Made by a program: the position numbers and the translations under genes. Under the pieces are notes generated by a model. That model did no database searches. It was not told the origin of the DNA and was given only the letters and a program-made list of their open reading frames with translations. This document shows, in pieces, positions 45,826 to 59,700 of a stretch of DNA of 64,000 nucleotides. The DNA comes from Phaeosaccion multiseriatum. Its lineage: Eukaryota; Protista; Ochrophyta, other classes. Position 1 is the first letter of the stretch; the number at the start of each line of letters is the position of its first letter. The DNA lies in contig OZ218952.1 in NCBI GenBank assembly GCA_965112735.1, positions 4,402,001 to 4,466,000 of the forward strand, given 5' to 3'.

Positions 45826-46619
45826 ATCCACTCCTGAATCCTCTCCACCGTGAGTTTGTGTGTCATGGCCTGGAAGAACTCTGAACGCCCCTCCCCCGCC
45901 AGCGGCTGGACGTGTATCGTCACGAGGTTTTGGAACATAGGGAGCGCCGAAAGCTCCTGAATTACAACACGGGGGGGGGGAGAAGGAGGGGGAGGAGGAA
46001 GAGCAGCAGCAACAGCAGCAGCAGCAGCAGCATCAGCAGCAGCAGCAGCAGCAGGAGGAGGAGGAGGAGAGGAGAAGGGGGTAAGCAAAAAAGGAAACTT
46101 GCGAAGTCCATTGATTCCCACTCCTTAGATTCCCATCCCTCGACATCCCTCCCCACAGCCACTGCTGCTGTGAGCGCTATAAGGGGAGCGACACCCAAGG
46201 CCCTCGTGCTGAGCATCGGACAGACAGGACGCCGTTCAGGCAAGCCGGCGAGGAGAGGAGAGGAAGGAGAGGAGGGGAGAGGGGAAGAACGAAAGCAAGG
46301 AAGGAGAGACGGGACAGACAGGAGAGGACAGGAGAGAAGAGAGGGGTGTACCAAGGGCGTATGCAGGCAGTGGGGTTGCCATATCGATGGAAAGGACGAT
46401 CGACCGGTACCTGCTCGCGCCCCGGGGCCAGCGGATAGTTGCTGGTGAAGATGGGGAGGAGGGTCGGGTCGTTAGCCATCCCCTTAAAGCGCTTCGCCAG
46501 CAGGCCCAGTGTGCTCTGTTGGCACAGCTGCAGCAGCAACGGTGTCGACCCTGCCCCTGCCCCAGCCTCAGCCACCCCTTCCTCTGCTGCTGCAGCTGCG
46601 GCTGCTGCTGTACCACCAA

Positions 46620-46650
<31 letters not shown>

Positions 46651-47552
46651 CGACGACGACGATGGCGGGGGCACCTCTTCCAAAGCCACGCACACGAGCC
46701 CAGGCTTGAGTTGAGCCAGAGTCTGCCTCCTGCCTTGAATCACTGACATCGTGCTCATGTCGTTGTTATTCGGGCGCACGGTCAGGTCTGTGGCAAGCTC
46801 GCTTAGAGGCTTGTTCAGTGTCTTTGTGTGGAGGAGAGGGCAGCAGTAAGCAAGAACGTTGAGGGAGGATATTTTCAAGGAGAGGGAGAGGGAGAGAGAA
46901 GGGGGAGGGAGGGAGAGGTGGAGTGGGAGAGATGGAGAGGGAAGAGAGACGGGGTGAGCGAGGAAGATAGAGAAGAGGAGACGAGCAGAGAGTGGGTGAA
47001 AGAAAGAGAGACAGGCCATGTGCCTGCTTACCTGGCTGCCTACCTGGCTCTCTCTCTTCCCCCACCTCCCCCCCTCTCTCTCCCTCTCTCTTTCTCTCTC
47101 TCTCTTCTATGCCCATCCCTGCCCACACCTGCTTACCTGCTTGACGTAACGCACTTCCAGGTCAGGATCAAGAAACTGCCCCACGGTTGTGCGTAACGCC
47201 TTACGGAAGCAACGAACAAAGGAGCTCTTGCCGCCCCCCGCCGGCCCATGCAGGTAAAAAGAGAGATGAAGGCGAGGAGAGAATGACGCCGGTGCAAGCG
47301 GCACTGCAGAGCTGAGGAGAGGCGGAGGAAGAGGAGGAGGAGGAGGAGGAGGAGGAGGAGGAGGAAGAAGAAGAAGAGGAAGAGGAGGAGGAGGAGGAGG
47401 AGGAGGAGGAGGAGGAGGAGGGGGGAGAGAGGAGGGATGAGGGGTGAGGGGTGAGAGGTGAGAGAGAGGAGGGGTGAGGGGTGAGAGAGGGGTGAGGAGT
47501 GAGGGATGAGAGAGGAGGGGATAGGGTTGCGAGAAGGGAATGAGGAGGAGGC

Positions 47553-47603
<51 letters not shown>

Positions 47604-47622
47604 GGCAGACAGACAGGCAGGC

Positions 47623-47702
<80 letters not shown>

Positions 47703-49336
47703 TTCTCCTCCTCCCCTCCGCTGGCCGCGTTGACGTACCTAGGGGCCACGAGGCCAGAGGCGAAGAAGCTTGCGAGAGGCGACTCCAGCGCCTTTTTGAG
47801 GCCACTCGGAGGGAAGTAGCCCTCCGCCCACAAGTTAAGCCACATACCCTCCACCATGTCCGCCACGAGACGCTCCACTCCCCTTGGGGTAGAGTGGGGT
47901 TAGGGTGGGGCGGGGTAGGGTGGGGGTCGGTGGGGGTGAGGCGGGGTGGAGTGGGGTGGGGTGGGGTGGGGTGGGGTGGGGTGGAGTGGGGTGGTGTAGA
48001 GCTGAGGGGGGTGGACGTATGGTACGCATGTACTGTCTTACCCGTGCAGTACGGTTAAAAGCCCAGGCATGTAGGCAATGGGTCTGCTCTCTCCCTCCCC
48101 ATGCTCCTCTTCGTCCTCTTGCCGCTGCTGCTCCCCCCCCCCCCCTCCTCCTCCACCACCACCACCACCGTCGCAGTCGTCCGACAGCACAAAGGTCAGC
48201 CGCTCGTATCTCTTGTCCTGCGCAGACACCTTAAGCACCACCTCCTGTAACCCCAGACCCGAGCGTTTCAGAAAGCGCTGCAGGCACGCGCTGGCCAGGG
48301 TGGAGTTCCTCCCCTTGGTCCACAGCCATTCCGCTCTCAGCTCATCGGTCAGACCACCTGGCAAGGTGCTGCTGCTCGTGCTTGTGCTTGTGCTCGCCTC
48401 CTCCAGGAGGGCCACTATTGCGTTCACGTGGTCCTCCACCTGTTGCATGGAGGGGGTGGTGACACCCTTCTGCGGTGAAGGACAGCACGGGACATGACGC
48501 ACGGTACGGAAAGGTACGGTGAGTGAGGGAAGCTGAGCGACGGCGAGCGAGTGAAGCTGGGCGAAGGGGAGGTCGTGTGGGTAGGCAGGCACATATGGAT
48601 ACATATAAATATAGACATATACATGCACGCAGTGCTGTAGCTCCGAAGTCCTCTCACCTGCCCTCCCAGCTGCCGGCCTTGCTCCAGCCAGGCTAGCTCG
48701 GCTCGCACTGTACTACCCTCCAGGAAACCGAGGTAAGGGTCGGGGTTTGAATTGCGTGTGGAACGTTCTTCTCCGTCTTTTGTCGTTGCTGCTGCGGCGG
48801 CGGCTGCTGCTGCTGCTGCCTCTCTGCTCATGATCTGACGAAGGCGACGGGCAAAGACGAGAGCCACGTACACAGCCTTGAATTTCTGCTGATATTGTCG
48901 CTCCATGTCCGTCTGCTCGGCATGGAGGCCCACCATAAGGCGCAGGAAAGAAGCCGCGTTGGGAGAGAGTCGAAGAGGGGGGGCTGTACCCTTCCCAGCC
49001 CTTGCCGTAGGCGAGCTGGAGAGAGAGAGGCATTCATTGTATCAGAGCGATGTGGAGGTGGAAGAAGGGAGCACAATTTACTCACCCATGCGTGTACACG
49101 CTCACCGCCCTCCTCGGCGAAGATACTGCGCTCGTCCTCAGCCCGGCTGCCTCCAGCAGCTCGCCGAACTGCGCTTGACCTCGAGCCACGAGAGGTAGAG
49201 CCAGGTCATCCAGCAAGCAACCCCGGAGGATGCTCGGCGACGGTCCCTTCCCCCTCTTCTTGGTGGTGGCCGCCACAGGCCCATTATCGAGGCCATCGCA
49301 CCTATTCAGCGGCCTCTTGCGTTGGTAGGGCGCCAT
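43971..49336 (-). CDS. Large multi-exon P-loop NTPase (AAA+-like) of unknown family
   Basis: Series of minus-strand exons with GT-AG borders; Walker A FYLHGPAGGGKSSF, Walker-B-like LVCVALEE, sensor-1-like PIFTSNY; C-terminal exon resembles a degenerate second module (ELSPELNSR). Exon borders only partly resolved. Confidence 0.65.
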
Positions 49337-49577
49337 TTTGCCACACTATCTCTTCTCGAAGGGGCGGCCTTCTTGCCTAAAAGTAAAAATTATCTGACTC
49401 CCCCTGATCCGGATCCCCCCCCCTGTCGTGTTCCAGACGCACAGAGGGAGCAGCGAACAAAAGGCGAGAAGCACGACGCACATCTCTTGCGGGGGTGGTG
49501 GAATGGCGTTTGCGTGCTACTGCAAAAGGTCGCGCGTTTTAAGCACCTTTATTAACGTGAGCAGCCTGTACCGAACA

Positions 49578-51641
49578 ATGGCATTCTCTTCGTCAGCAGC
49601 AGCAGCAGCAGCAGGAGCATCGGCAGCATCAGCAGCCTCAGCAGCAGCAGCAGTGGGGAAGAGCGCCCCGCCCATCGTCGATGTCGCTATCTGTGGGACG
49701 GGCATCTCCGGCTGCTATCTTGCTCATCGCCTTGGTAAGTGGGACATCCCAATCAGGAAGGGAAGTTGCTCTGCCTGCGCCCTTGACCCTCGCAATCTTC
49801 CCTAAACTCGCTTGGCACAGCATCTCAGGGCTTGCGCGTTGCCTCCTTCGAGATCGGGCGCGGTCCAGGTGGGCGCAGCAGTTCTCGAGACCATGGAGGG
49901 CTCATCTTCGACCACGGAGCCCAGTTCATCCCAAACCCAGGCCAAGGCGGCGGCAGCAGCAGCAGCACAGCAGAGCAGGCGGCCGTGTTTACAGAGGTCC
50001 TCGAAGAGTGGCTGGAGGATGGAAAGATAGACTATTGGCACGGGAGATTCGGCATCATTGTGGACGACGGTGAGCAGAGGCGCGAGAGGGCCTTGAAGTC
50101 TTGGTCCACAGCGAACGGAATCGAATGGAATCACTCGAGAGCTTCCCGTTGTGGCAGAATGCCGGAGCAGTAATGTGTATCTGCGGCCTTTTGCTGAAGG
50201 GCCTCTCCCCTCTCTCCCTTCCCCCCTCCTGCCTCCCCTCCGCCTTTCAAGCAGGGACTTTCGTTCCTCAGGAGCAGCCCGCCAAGCTCGTGGGAATGCC
50301 GTCCATGGGTGGTCTCTGTGCCTCCTTGCTGGACTCTAGCAGCGCAGGTAGAGAGGGAGAGAGGAGGGGGAGGGGGAGAGGGAGAGAGAGATCAGGGAGA
50401 GAGAAGGAGAGGGAGAGGGAGAGGGAGAGAGAGTTTTGCACCTTGCAGGCTCTCCACACAGAGATGGACAGCGATTGAGAAGAGAGAGAGAGAGAGAGAT
50501 GGCGATGAGGAAGATGGAGAATGAGAGAGAGAGAGAGGGACAGCGACAGAGAAAAGAGAGCGAGAGAGAGGCAGACAGGCGCCGGTATTGACTCACGGCC
50601 CAAGGTCCGGCCTGTCTTGTCCGTCTTTCCCCCTCCTGACCGCGCTCTCTCTCTTCTCCTCCTCCTCCTCCTCCTCCTCCTCCTCCTCCTCCTCCTCCTC
50701 CTCCTCCTCCTCCTCCTCCTCCTCCATGCACATCACTAGACTGTAAGGGAAGCATCCAAAGCCGCTTCAAATGCAAGGCCATCGGTAGATGGGACGAGAA
50801 CAGCAGCATGTGGGTGGTTTCTTCCCCCCCCGCAACGGATGGGGCCGGCGCGGAGGACAAGCAAGAGGAAGGGGAGGTCCTTTGTCATAGCAAGGTGCTC
50901 GTGGCGGCCGATCGACTGAGTGGCTTGTCGAGGAGAGACGACTTGGAAGGGCAGGAGCTGGGGGCGTACAAGGAAGTGGCGGCGGAGGTAGAGTCAGATG
51001 TGACCATCGTCTTGATGCTGTCGTTCCCCTCCAAGCTACATCAAGTACCCTTCGACGGCGTGCGTGTGTTGCCGGCCCGACAAGAGGAGAAGGAGAAGGA
51101 GGAGGAGGAGGAAGAAGAGGCAAAGGCCAGGAGGCCGAGGCTCGCACCGATAGATTGGATAGCCCGTGATGGAAGCAAGCCGGGGAGGAGCCGTGCAGAC
51201 GGCGCAGAGAACTGGGTCATACACAGCACCAACTCGTTTGCCAAAGAGCACTTGGCCATCAGCGACGCGAGGGGCGAGTCCAGGTTGGAGATGCTGGCCA
51301 GGGTAGAGCCCCTCTTGCTCGACGCCTTTAAGGCTGCCGTGCAGCCCTACTTTTGTGGTCCCCAAGCGACTGAGTCAGCCGACGAGGAGGGGAAGGAGGG
51401 GGGATTAGAGGATATGCCCGAGCCCACATTTGTCAAATCGCACCGATGGGGGGCGGCCTTCCCCCGTTACGCCGGCGCCGGGCAGCGACCCTGCCTGGTT
51501 CAAGAGGACCGCTCCTTCGTGGCGGTGGGGGACTACCTGCTGGGGAGGGACGTGCAGAGCGCCGTGCTGAGCGCGGATGCGGCGGTGGGGCCCATCACTC
51601 GGCTCCTCTCGGACAGGCTGCAGCCGGCCTCGTCCTTGTGA
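49578..51641 (+). CDS. Renalase-like FAD/NAD-dependent oxidoreductase, 4 exons
   Basis: Exons 49578-49734, 49821-50069, about 50252/50255-50347, and 50740-51641. DVAICGTGISG (GxGxxG), FEIGRGPGGRSSSR, FDHGAQF, VGMPSM, WIARDGSKPGR, WVIHST, HRWGAAFP, GDYLLG..VQSAVLS. Confidence 0.9.
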
Positions 51642-51897
51642 GGAGGAGATTATTGATACCTCTCGGACAGGCAGAAGCCGGCCTCTTCCTTATATTGATA
51701 CCCATACTCAGTAGGGATTTTCCTTGTGGCGGAGGAGGGATATCGAGGACGAGAAGAAGTCGAAAGAAGAGAGGGAAATGAGAAAATTGAAAGAAAAAAA
51801 TTGAAACGGAAACTGCACCCACACTTGCTCTTTTTGGCTGTTCAAGCCCCGCCCTTCCTGAATCATCCATCATCTTCAAGGGCCTTGGTTGAAAATA

Positions 51898-53155
51898 ATG
51901 TCGTTCATAGGGCATGTTATACCCGGCTTCTGTCTGTCCCTCTACTCCTGGTTCTTTTTGCTCAGCATGGTGGGCTGGACGCCCAGAAGGAGGTGGTCCC
52001 GCCCTTTGCTCCGCCTGAGAGTCAAGGTGAGGAACTCTTGCTTGTCTACTTGTTCTTCTTCGTTCACGCACCTCCCCCCTCTTCCACTTCTCTTGGTGTT
52101 TTTTCTGCCCCCCCCCCCCCCCGCCCCAAGCACAGGGGGCTCTTATCCTCGCTTTTGCCCTCCCCGCCGTTTTGGTGGAGACGCTCGCAAATGGAAGGGT
52201 CGAGCTTGTGAATATCCACCACCTCCTCATCTACGCCCTGCTGGTATCTCACGCTCTAGTTATCAGTCTGTACCTGTGGCACGTCTCTGGGCCTGCTGTC
52301 AATGGTGGAGGGGCCGAGGGGCGGGCCGAGACCTTCCTAACGTACCACAATCTCTCAACGGGAACGTCAACCAGCCAGCAGGAGCAGGAGGAGGAGGAGG
52401 AGGAGGAGGGGAAGGAGGAGAGAGAGGAGGACAAGCAGCGGCAGCAGCACCAGCGGCAGAGGGGTGGGCGCAAGTTTCGGATGGTCGTCCTCGAGCAACA
52501 CCTGCACGTACACGAGACACTCATCTTCGTATGCATTGGCCTCATTCTAGCAGGGCACAACATGGGCAACGCTTTATTCGTCGGCATGCATTGGTGGATG
52601 TGCCCTCTCTTCTTGTTCAGCGCAGCAATGAGCCTCGGCCGCCTCCTCCCTTCTGTACCACCAACTGCTGCTGCCGCTGGGCCACTGCTACACCTATGTA
52701 CCCTCAGCTCCGTGCTGACAGGCCTCTCGCTTCACACGGCAGGGACCTGGTTTGCGCACATTGGGTTCAACTTCTACCTCTACCCCAGCGGGGGGGGGCT
52801 GTGGGGACTGAAGACGGACCCACTGGCTGAGATGGAGGTGAAGGTGTGGATGAGCGTCTATCTGACCCTGCATATAAGCTTTGCCTTCTTGGTACTGTGC
52901 GTTGGACACTCCGTGTTGCAGTGGAGGGGATACTTTGATGCCTACAGGTATAATGATCATTCTAGTAGTAGTAGTAGGAGGAGTAGCAGCAGCAGCAGCA
53001 GCAGCAGAAGGTGGGGCAGGAATCACGCAGAGAAGGAGTCGCTTCGGCTTCGACCTCTTGGAGCATCGCAGATAGGAGGCGGCGACGATGAAGAGGGAGG
53101 GGAGGGGGCGGAGGGGCAGTGGGTAAGCCGGAACAAGGGGCAAAGCTTCCTCTGA
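51898..53155 (+). CDS. TMEM45/DUF716-like multi-pass membrane protein, 2 exons
   Basis: MSFIGHVIPG start (GHxxPG motif); intron about 52027-52135 in phase 0; NIHHLLIY, GTWFAHIGFNFY, His-containing TM helices. Confidence 0.75.
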
Positions 53156-53747
53156 TGCTTCGTCTGGGCCTTCTCAGCGCTGTGCTTCATCGGGCCTTCT
53201 GCGGGGGGCTCGTGGGCCCGGGATGGACGTCTGCTCTTGTGCACACGGCTTCTGATTAGTTAGCCCTTGCCCTTGCTTACTCGAAGAGGAGATGCTCGAG
53301 GCTCGAAGAGGTATTTCATGAGCCAGGGTTGGAAGTCCTGAAACTTCTCTACTCTCTCCTCCGAAGAGTCGAAGCCGAGGGGAAGCAGTCAGAAGTTCGG
53401 CCCCTGACATGGTTCTGATACAGGCCAGCCCAGAAGCAGGAACCAGGCCGGCTGGAGCCGACCAGAACCAGGAACCAGCCAGCCTCAGAACCAGCCATGT
53501 CAGGGGCGAAGAAGTAATAATACCCATATACCTTTTCCGTTACCCTTCGAGCGTAACCTGAAACTAAAACTTACCTTCTTCCACCCCCCCCAAATTGCTT
53601 TGCTTTGCTTGCTCCAAAGAGGGTGCCAGACTAGGATTAGGCCATGCAGGAAGAGGTCGCAGCAGCAGCCACCGCAATAGCAGGAGGAGGAAAATCATTC
53701 TGAAGAAAAACAGCTTGAAGGCCTTCCCTCCCTCGCTCCAACTCATC

Positions 53748-56700
53748 ATGGGTCCTGACGAGACCCACGCCAGATACCTGCACCTTCTGCAGCAGCGAAA
53801 CCGCCTTAAGAAGCAGATGGAGGCCAAGACGAAGGATGCCAAGATGGAGCAGAGAGAAAGAGGTTGGTGGAAGGCTCGTCGGTGGACAAAGTGTCTCTTG
53901 ATCGTCCAGAGGATCGCAAAGGATCCAACCGATCCCAGCTCCCCAGCCCTGTTTCCTACATACTGCTGCTCGTCTGTGCGCTCTTCAAAGCAGTCGAGGC
54001 ACTAACTGATAGTCGGAGCATTGATTGGTCGTCGGTAACTCCATGGTCAACTTAATCGACACTGTCAGCTCATTGCTCTCCTCACTGCCGCTGGCTGTCC
54101 CTCGCAGCTTCTCTTCTTACCTCCCCCCATCTCCCCTCCCCCCCCCCCCGCTCCTCAGGCTTTGACACGTGCTTCTCCGGAGCGAATCGAGAGCGCTCTG
54201 CAGAGCGGGAGCAGCCCAAGCCTCCGAGGCGGCGATCCAGACGTGCGAGCCACAGCGGCAGCGCCCCCATTCCTTGGGTACAGGGCACGCGAGCCTTCCA
54301 AGGCTGTCGGAGGGCGAACACGGACGCCGACGAAGGTGTGGATGACGAGGAGTCCCTCCCGGCGTTAGTGATTCCGGGTGCCAGCGATGGCCAGAGCTCC
54401 TCGGAGGGACGGAGGGGCGACCACCGCTCCAGACAGAGGGCCGGATGGGGCAAACCACGAGATCCACGAGATGGAGAAGAGGCAGGGCCATCCGTATCAG
54501 GAGGGGCAGGAGGAGGGGCGGGGGGAGGAGCGGATATGTCGTCTTGTCGAGAAGAGGATGGAAGAGGAGATGGCACCACTGCCGCCGCTGTACAGGGGGA
54601 GGAGAGGATAAAGGTGGCCGATGAGGTCAGGAGGCCCTCCGGAGCTGTGGGTGCTCGTCTCAAAGAGAAGGAGGGAGGCCCAGCAGCAGAGAGAGATAGA
54701 GACAGAGGAGGCGGTGCTGGAGAAGAGTTTTGCGATGCCGGCGGCTTGGTGGTGGAGGAGTACGACGATGACTTTGAGGAAGCAGAGGAAGAGGAAGGCG
54801 GCGGGGGGGGGGGGGGAGCAGGGGGGGGTGAGGAGAGGGAGGAGGAGGAGGAGGAGGAGGAGGAGGAGGAGGAGGAGGAGGAGGAGGAGGAGGAAGAGGA
54901 GGATGAAGCAGCAGCAACACTTGGCGACTCTTCCATGGACTCGTATGTTATGGAGGAGCTGGTCAACGCCGTCGGAGAGGAGAGCATCGAGAGGCTGAGG
55001 AAGACCCTTGAACACTCCTTGGAAAGTGCGACCAACGCCGGACAGCACCAACACGACCAAGAGGAGGAGCAGGAGGAGCAGGAGGAGCAGGAACAGGAAG
55101 AGGAGCACCACCCCTCGCCCGGCAGCAGCAAGAGCAGCGTCGACAGAAGAGGAAGGGGGGCAAGTGCTAGTGCTCCAACTCTCTCCATCGTCGCTCCAGA
55201 CAGCACATCGAAGCAGACTAGCAGCAGTCATGTGATGGACCGCAGCAGCAGCAGCAGCAGCAGCAGTAGCACCTCCAGCAGCACGAGGAATAGCAGCAGC
55301 AGGAGTAGCAGCAGCAAGGTGACAGCGGTGGCAGGACGAGCGGGGGACGGAGAGCTGAGAGAGATGACACAAGACGTCGCCGATTACCATGCCTTGGGTG
55401 GGCACAAGAAGAAAGTGGGTCGGTCCAGTGGCCCAAGCGTGCTAGTGACAGGGGCGGCGCGAGGACGGCCTTCCTCCTCCTCGTCCACACCCCGACCAAG
55501 GAAATCTTCGGACCCCCCTGGGGCTGTTGCTGCTGCTGCGGCTGCTGCAGAAATGGCCGCCGTGCTGGCGGCTCTTCGGGAGGAGAATAGAAGAGGAAGA
55601 GGAAGAGGAAGAGGAGCTGCCAAGATAGGAAGACAGGAGGACATGAGGGGCGATAGCAGGCGAGCAAGAGCGAGAGACGACGAGCCCGAGCCCCAGGCCC
55701 AGCCAGCTTCGTTGTCACCGATTGCATGGGACCATCGTAATGGGTGTGGTGGCGATGGTGATGGTGATGATGATGGTGATGGTGATGATGACGGAGGTGA
55801 CGAAGCAGGGGAAACCGCAGAGGGCGGTGGTGCCGGTGGTGCCAAGTCAGCAAGGATAGGCACACCGGGCTCCAGCACCACCGCCACCACCAAGACCGCT
55901 TCTCGGGGGGGCTCACTCGCCTCCCTTGACTCCCAAACCGTGGTTGCTGCCGCAGTAGGAAGGGGAGGAGGAGGAGGAGGAGGAGGAGGAGGAGGAAGAG
56001 GAGGAGGAGGAGGAGGAGGAGGAGGAGGAGGAGGAGGAGGAGGAGGAGGAGGAGGAGGAGGAGGAGGAGGAGGAGGAGACTCTACGCCGATGGACCAGGT
56101 GCTGTTGGGCGGAGTGAGCAATCTGAGCAGAGAGCAGCAGAGGGAGCTCTTGAGTATGCTCCAGAATATGAATAGGGGCGGGGAGGGGGAGAGTGCAGCC
56201 GCAGCAAGAGGGGGAGGAGGAGGAATGGGAAAAGGACCAGGTGGTGACACAGCAACAGCAGCAGCAGCAGTTGGTGATACAGCAGCAAGCGGACGGAAGG
56301 ACTCCTCTACGGTACCGGAGAGCAGCAGCAGCAGCACCAGCAGTACCAGTACCAGCAACGAAGCGCATATTAAGACAAGGCAGCAGCAGCAGCAGCAGCA
56401 GCAGTTGGTGATACAGCAGCAGCAACGGCACGGCCTCGTCGTCAAGCTCTGCAACACGTGGGGTCGCATGGGTGGAGGAAGGGCCACTCAGACGGTCACT
56501 CTCGCTCGTCTCGAGCTGCATGAGCAGCAGCAGCAGCAGCAGCAGTTGGTGATACAGCAGCAGGGAGGAGGGCTCCCACAAGAGCAGCCCGAGGATGGTG
56601 TCGTGTGGAAACATGTGGAGCTCACGGCCTCGTGTCTCTCCGTGCGCAGCGGGGCAGTGGGGGAGGTCGTGGGGGCGAAAGGAGGACGCGTTGGTGCTCT

Positions 56701-59700
56701 ACTCACAAATGGCAATGTCAAAGGCAATGGGAAGGGCCATGGCAAGCAGCTGAAACAGCAGCAGCAACAGCAGCAGTTGGTGATACAGCGGCAGGGGGAG
56801 GCGCCGCGGTGGATTGGGAGGATCCCGCTCGATTCTTCCCTCGATATTGTTGTCTGTCACAGAGCGGTGGAGCAACTGATACAGCACCACTCACAGCTGT
56901 CACAGCAGTCGCAGCAGTCACACCACTCACAGCAGTCACAGCAGTCGCAGCAGTCGCAGCAGTCGCAGCATCAGGGTGGTTGCTCACAGCAGCAGTCTTC
57001 CCGTCAGGCACTCAAGGTAAGAGAGGAAAGGGGGAGGTGGTGTCAGGACGCAAGGGGGAGGGAGGGAGGGATGGCAGTGGATGGGTAGGCTCCCGGAAGG
57101 CTGACGTGTGCCAATGCGCGTGTGGGCGCGTGTCTTTAACACGTCCTATCATAAGCCTGCTGCCATCTTGCTCGTGTATTTGTTCCCCACCCCATCCTGC
57201 CTGGTTCGCCACTCAACATGCGCAACCAACCAAACAACCCTTATTTATGCGTCATCCCAATCTTCCATCTTGCCCCTCGCCCTTTCCGCGCCTCTTCTCT
57301 TCTCAAAGCTCCTTCTTTGGACAGAGAACAGCAGCAGCGGCAGGAACAGCAGTATCAGTCATACGGGCAGTAGGGCAGTCACGGATGGCTTTGGTGGTGT
57401 CAGCACTCCCAAAGACGTGGAGGTGTGGCTCGGCGGCATATGCGTGTGGTCCGGTGTTCTCCCCAGAGTATGTGAGGCCTTCCCAATACATATACGTCTC
57501 CACCCCCCACCTCAAACAGAGGTACAAGACAAGCCGCATGAGGAGGAGGAGGAGGAGGAGGAGGAGGAGGAGGAGGAGCCAGCCGTCTTCAAACCTCCAT
57601 ATGCCTCCCCTGCCTCTGGCTTGCAAGTGAGAAACTCCTCCTCCCGAGGAAAGGCGGAGGCTTCTGCTTGTTGTGCTTCCTCTTTGACAAGACTCGCGCT
57701 GTCGGGGAGAGGAGGAGGAGGAGGTGGAGAAGGACTTGCAGTGGTGCCAACGCCCCCTTCGTCGGACCGCAGCAGTGGCAGCAGCACGCACAGCAGCAGC
57801 AGCAGCAGTCATATGGGCCGTCGTAGGACAAGGGCCGCTCTTGAGGGCAGGCGGCGGAGCGTCGACGGCTCAGGTGGTAGTGCATCGATGGCAGCAGACG
57901 CGAATGACAGCAGCAGTGGAACAGTCCCAAGTTGGCTAAGCGAGTCGCAGCATCAGCGGCAGTTGGTGATACAGCAACAACAGTCGAAGAACACACAAGC
58001 CGGCGATGACAGTGCTCCAGACCGTCGCAGGGGAAGTAACGCGGTTCGGCGAAGAAGGAGCGGCAGCACCACCACCACCACCACTGTTACCACTGCCACC
58101 GCCCCTCTCGAGCAGGACCAGGAGGAGGAGGAGGAGGAGGAGGAGGAGGAGGAGGAGGAGGAGGAGGAGGAGGGGAAGGAGGAGGAGGAGGAGGAGGAGG
58201 AGGAGGAGGAGGAGGCGAATGGTGCGGTGAGGGTAATGATGCCTTTGGGTCTAGGCAGGACTGGAGTAGAGACGAAGGATGAAGGACGGCAGGGAGGAGG
58301 AGCAGGGGGAAAGGGAAGAGAGCGGAGGGGAGGAAGGAGAAGAGGATGCGGTGTGGATGGGCCAGCAGGGGGGGGAGAAGGAGGAGGAGGAGGAGGAGGA
58401 GGAACAGTGCGGCCTTCGCCCTATCGTCGGAGATCGCTGGCTGCTGCTGCTACACCTGTATCACTTACTGCCGATGTACCACCAGCTGCTGCCGCATCAC
58501 GAACTACTGCTGTATCGCCACCTGCTGCTTCTTCACCCGCGGAACAAGAAACTTCTTCACCCGCGGAACAAGAAGCCCGTCCTTCTCCTGCCACCCACCC
58601 CTCCAACAGCAGCAACAGCAGCAGTCGTATGGGCAGCAGCGGTAGCGGTGGTGACCATCGCAGGGGGGTCACCACCGACTCGGCAAGGGGAAGGGGGGAG
58701 AGCTGCGTCCACACCGGGGGCGGGCAGGAGGAGGAGGAGGAGGAGGACGAGTCGCGGGGATGGAGTCCGAGCTTGGCGACGACGAAGAACAACGAGTTCG
58801 ACGACGCGCTCACCCCCCTGGAGAGGAGTGTGAGTGTGAGTGTCCGGAGGAAAGGCGTAGGCAGCAACACTACTACGGCTCCTCCTCCTACTACCACCAC
58901 TTGTACTCGCAACCTCGAGTCGTCGGAGTGGGACGTTTCGTTCAGTAGGAGTAGCCGGAAGGAGGAGCGAAAGGAGCAGGATGCTTCGCTCCTCGACTCT
59001 TGGGATTCCCTGGAGCGCTTCTCCCGAACCAGCCGGAGTCGCTTGGGCCGAGCAGCGGCAGCCTTCTTGTCGTCGACACCAAAGGGCTGCTCAACCCCAA
59101 CACGGGCAACAGTTGGTCATACAGGAGCAAGGATTTCTGCAGGAGCAACAAACGTAGCAGTTGGTGGTTCAGCAAAGGGGAGGAAAGGCCCATCAGAGGG
59201 TCATAATGGAGCGGCAGCAGCGGCAGCACCAGCAGTTGGGACGGGGGTGGGTGCAGCTGTATCACCAACTGCTATGGTGGGGCGGGAGGACAGGGTGCAG
59301 CAAGTGAACAAGGCCATGGAACAAGTGGCCAATGTGCGCCGCCAACTAGGCGCGTTGGCAGGCTCCAAGCAGAGGGGGAACTTGCAGAAGCAGCAGCAGC
59401 AGCAGCAGGAGTTGGTGATACACGGTCAGGGTCAGGGACAGAGTGAGAGCAAAGAGAAACAGGCTCGAGAGGTGCGAGGAGAAGAGGACGCGGAGCAGGA
59501 GGAGGGGGGGGGGAGGGAGGAGGAGGAGGAGGAGGAGGAGGAGGAGGAGCAGCAGAGGGAGGGGGAAGAAGAGGACGTCCTTGGTGAGCTCGAGGGGCTC
59601 GAGGAGGGTGTTGACGAGGACTCTCTCCTCATGTTGGACTCCCTCGAACCGTCCATCTCTCCCGTGCGTATGTCCCCAATCTACGCGGCCGCTGGGGTGA

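Noticed and set aside
57108-57308. Start of the 1993-aa ORF as an independent gene
   Set aside because: This segment lies in the KATNIP intron (57017-57308); the ORF is exon 3 of the gene starting at 53748.
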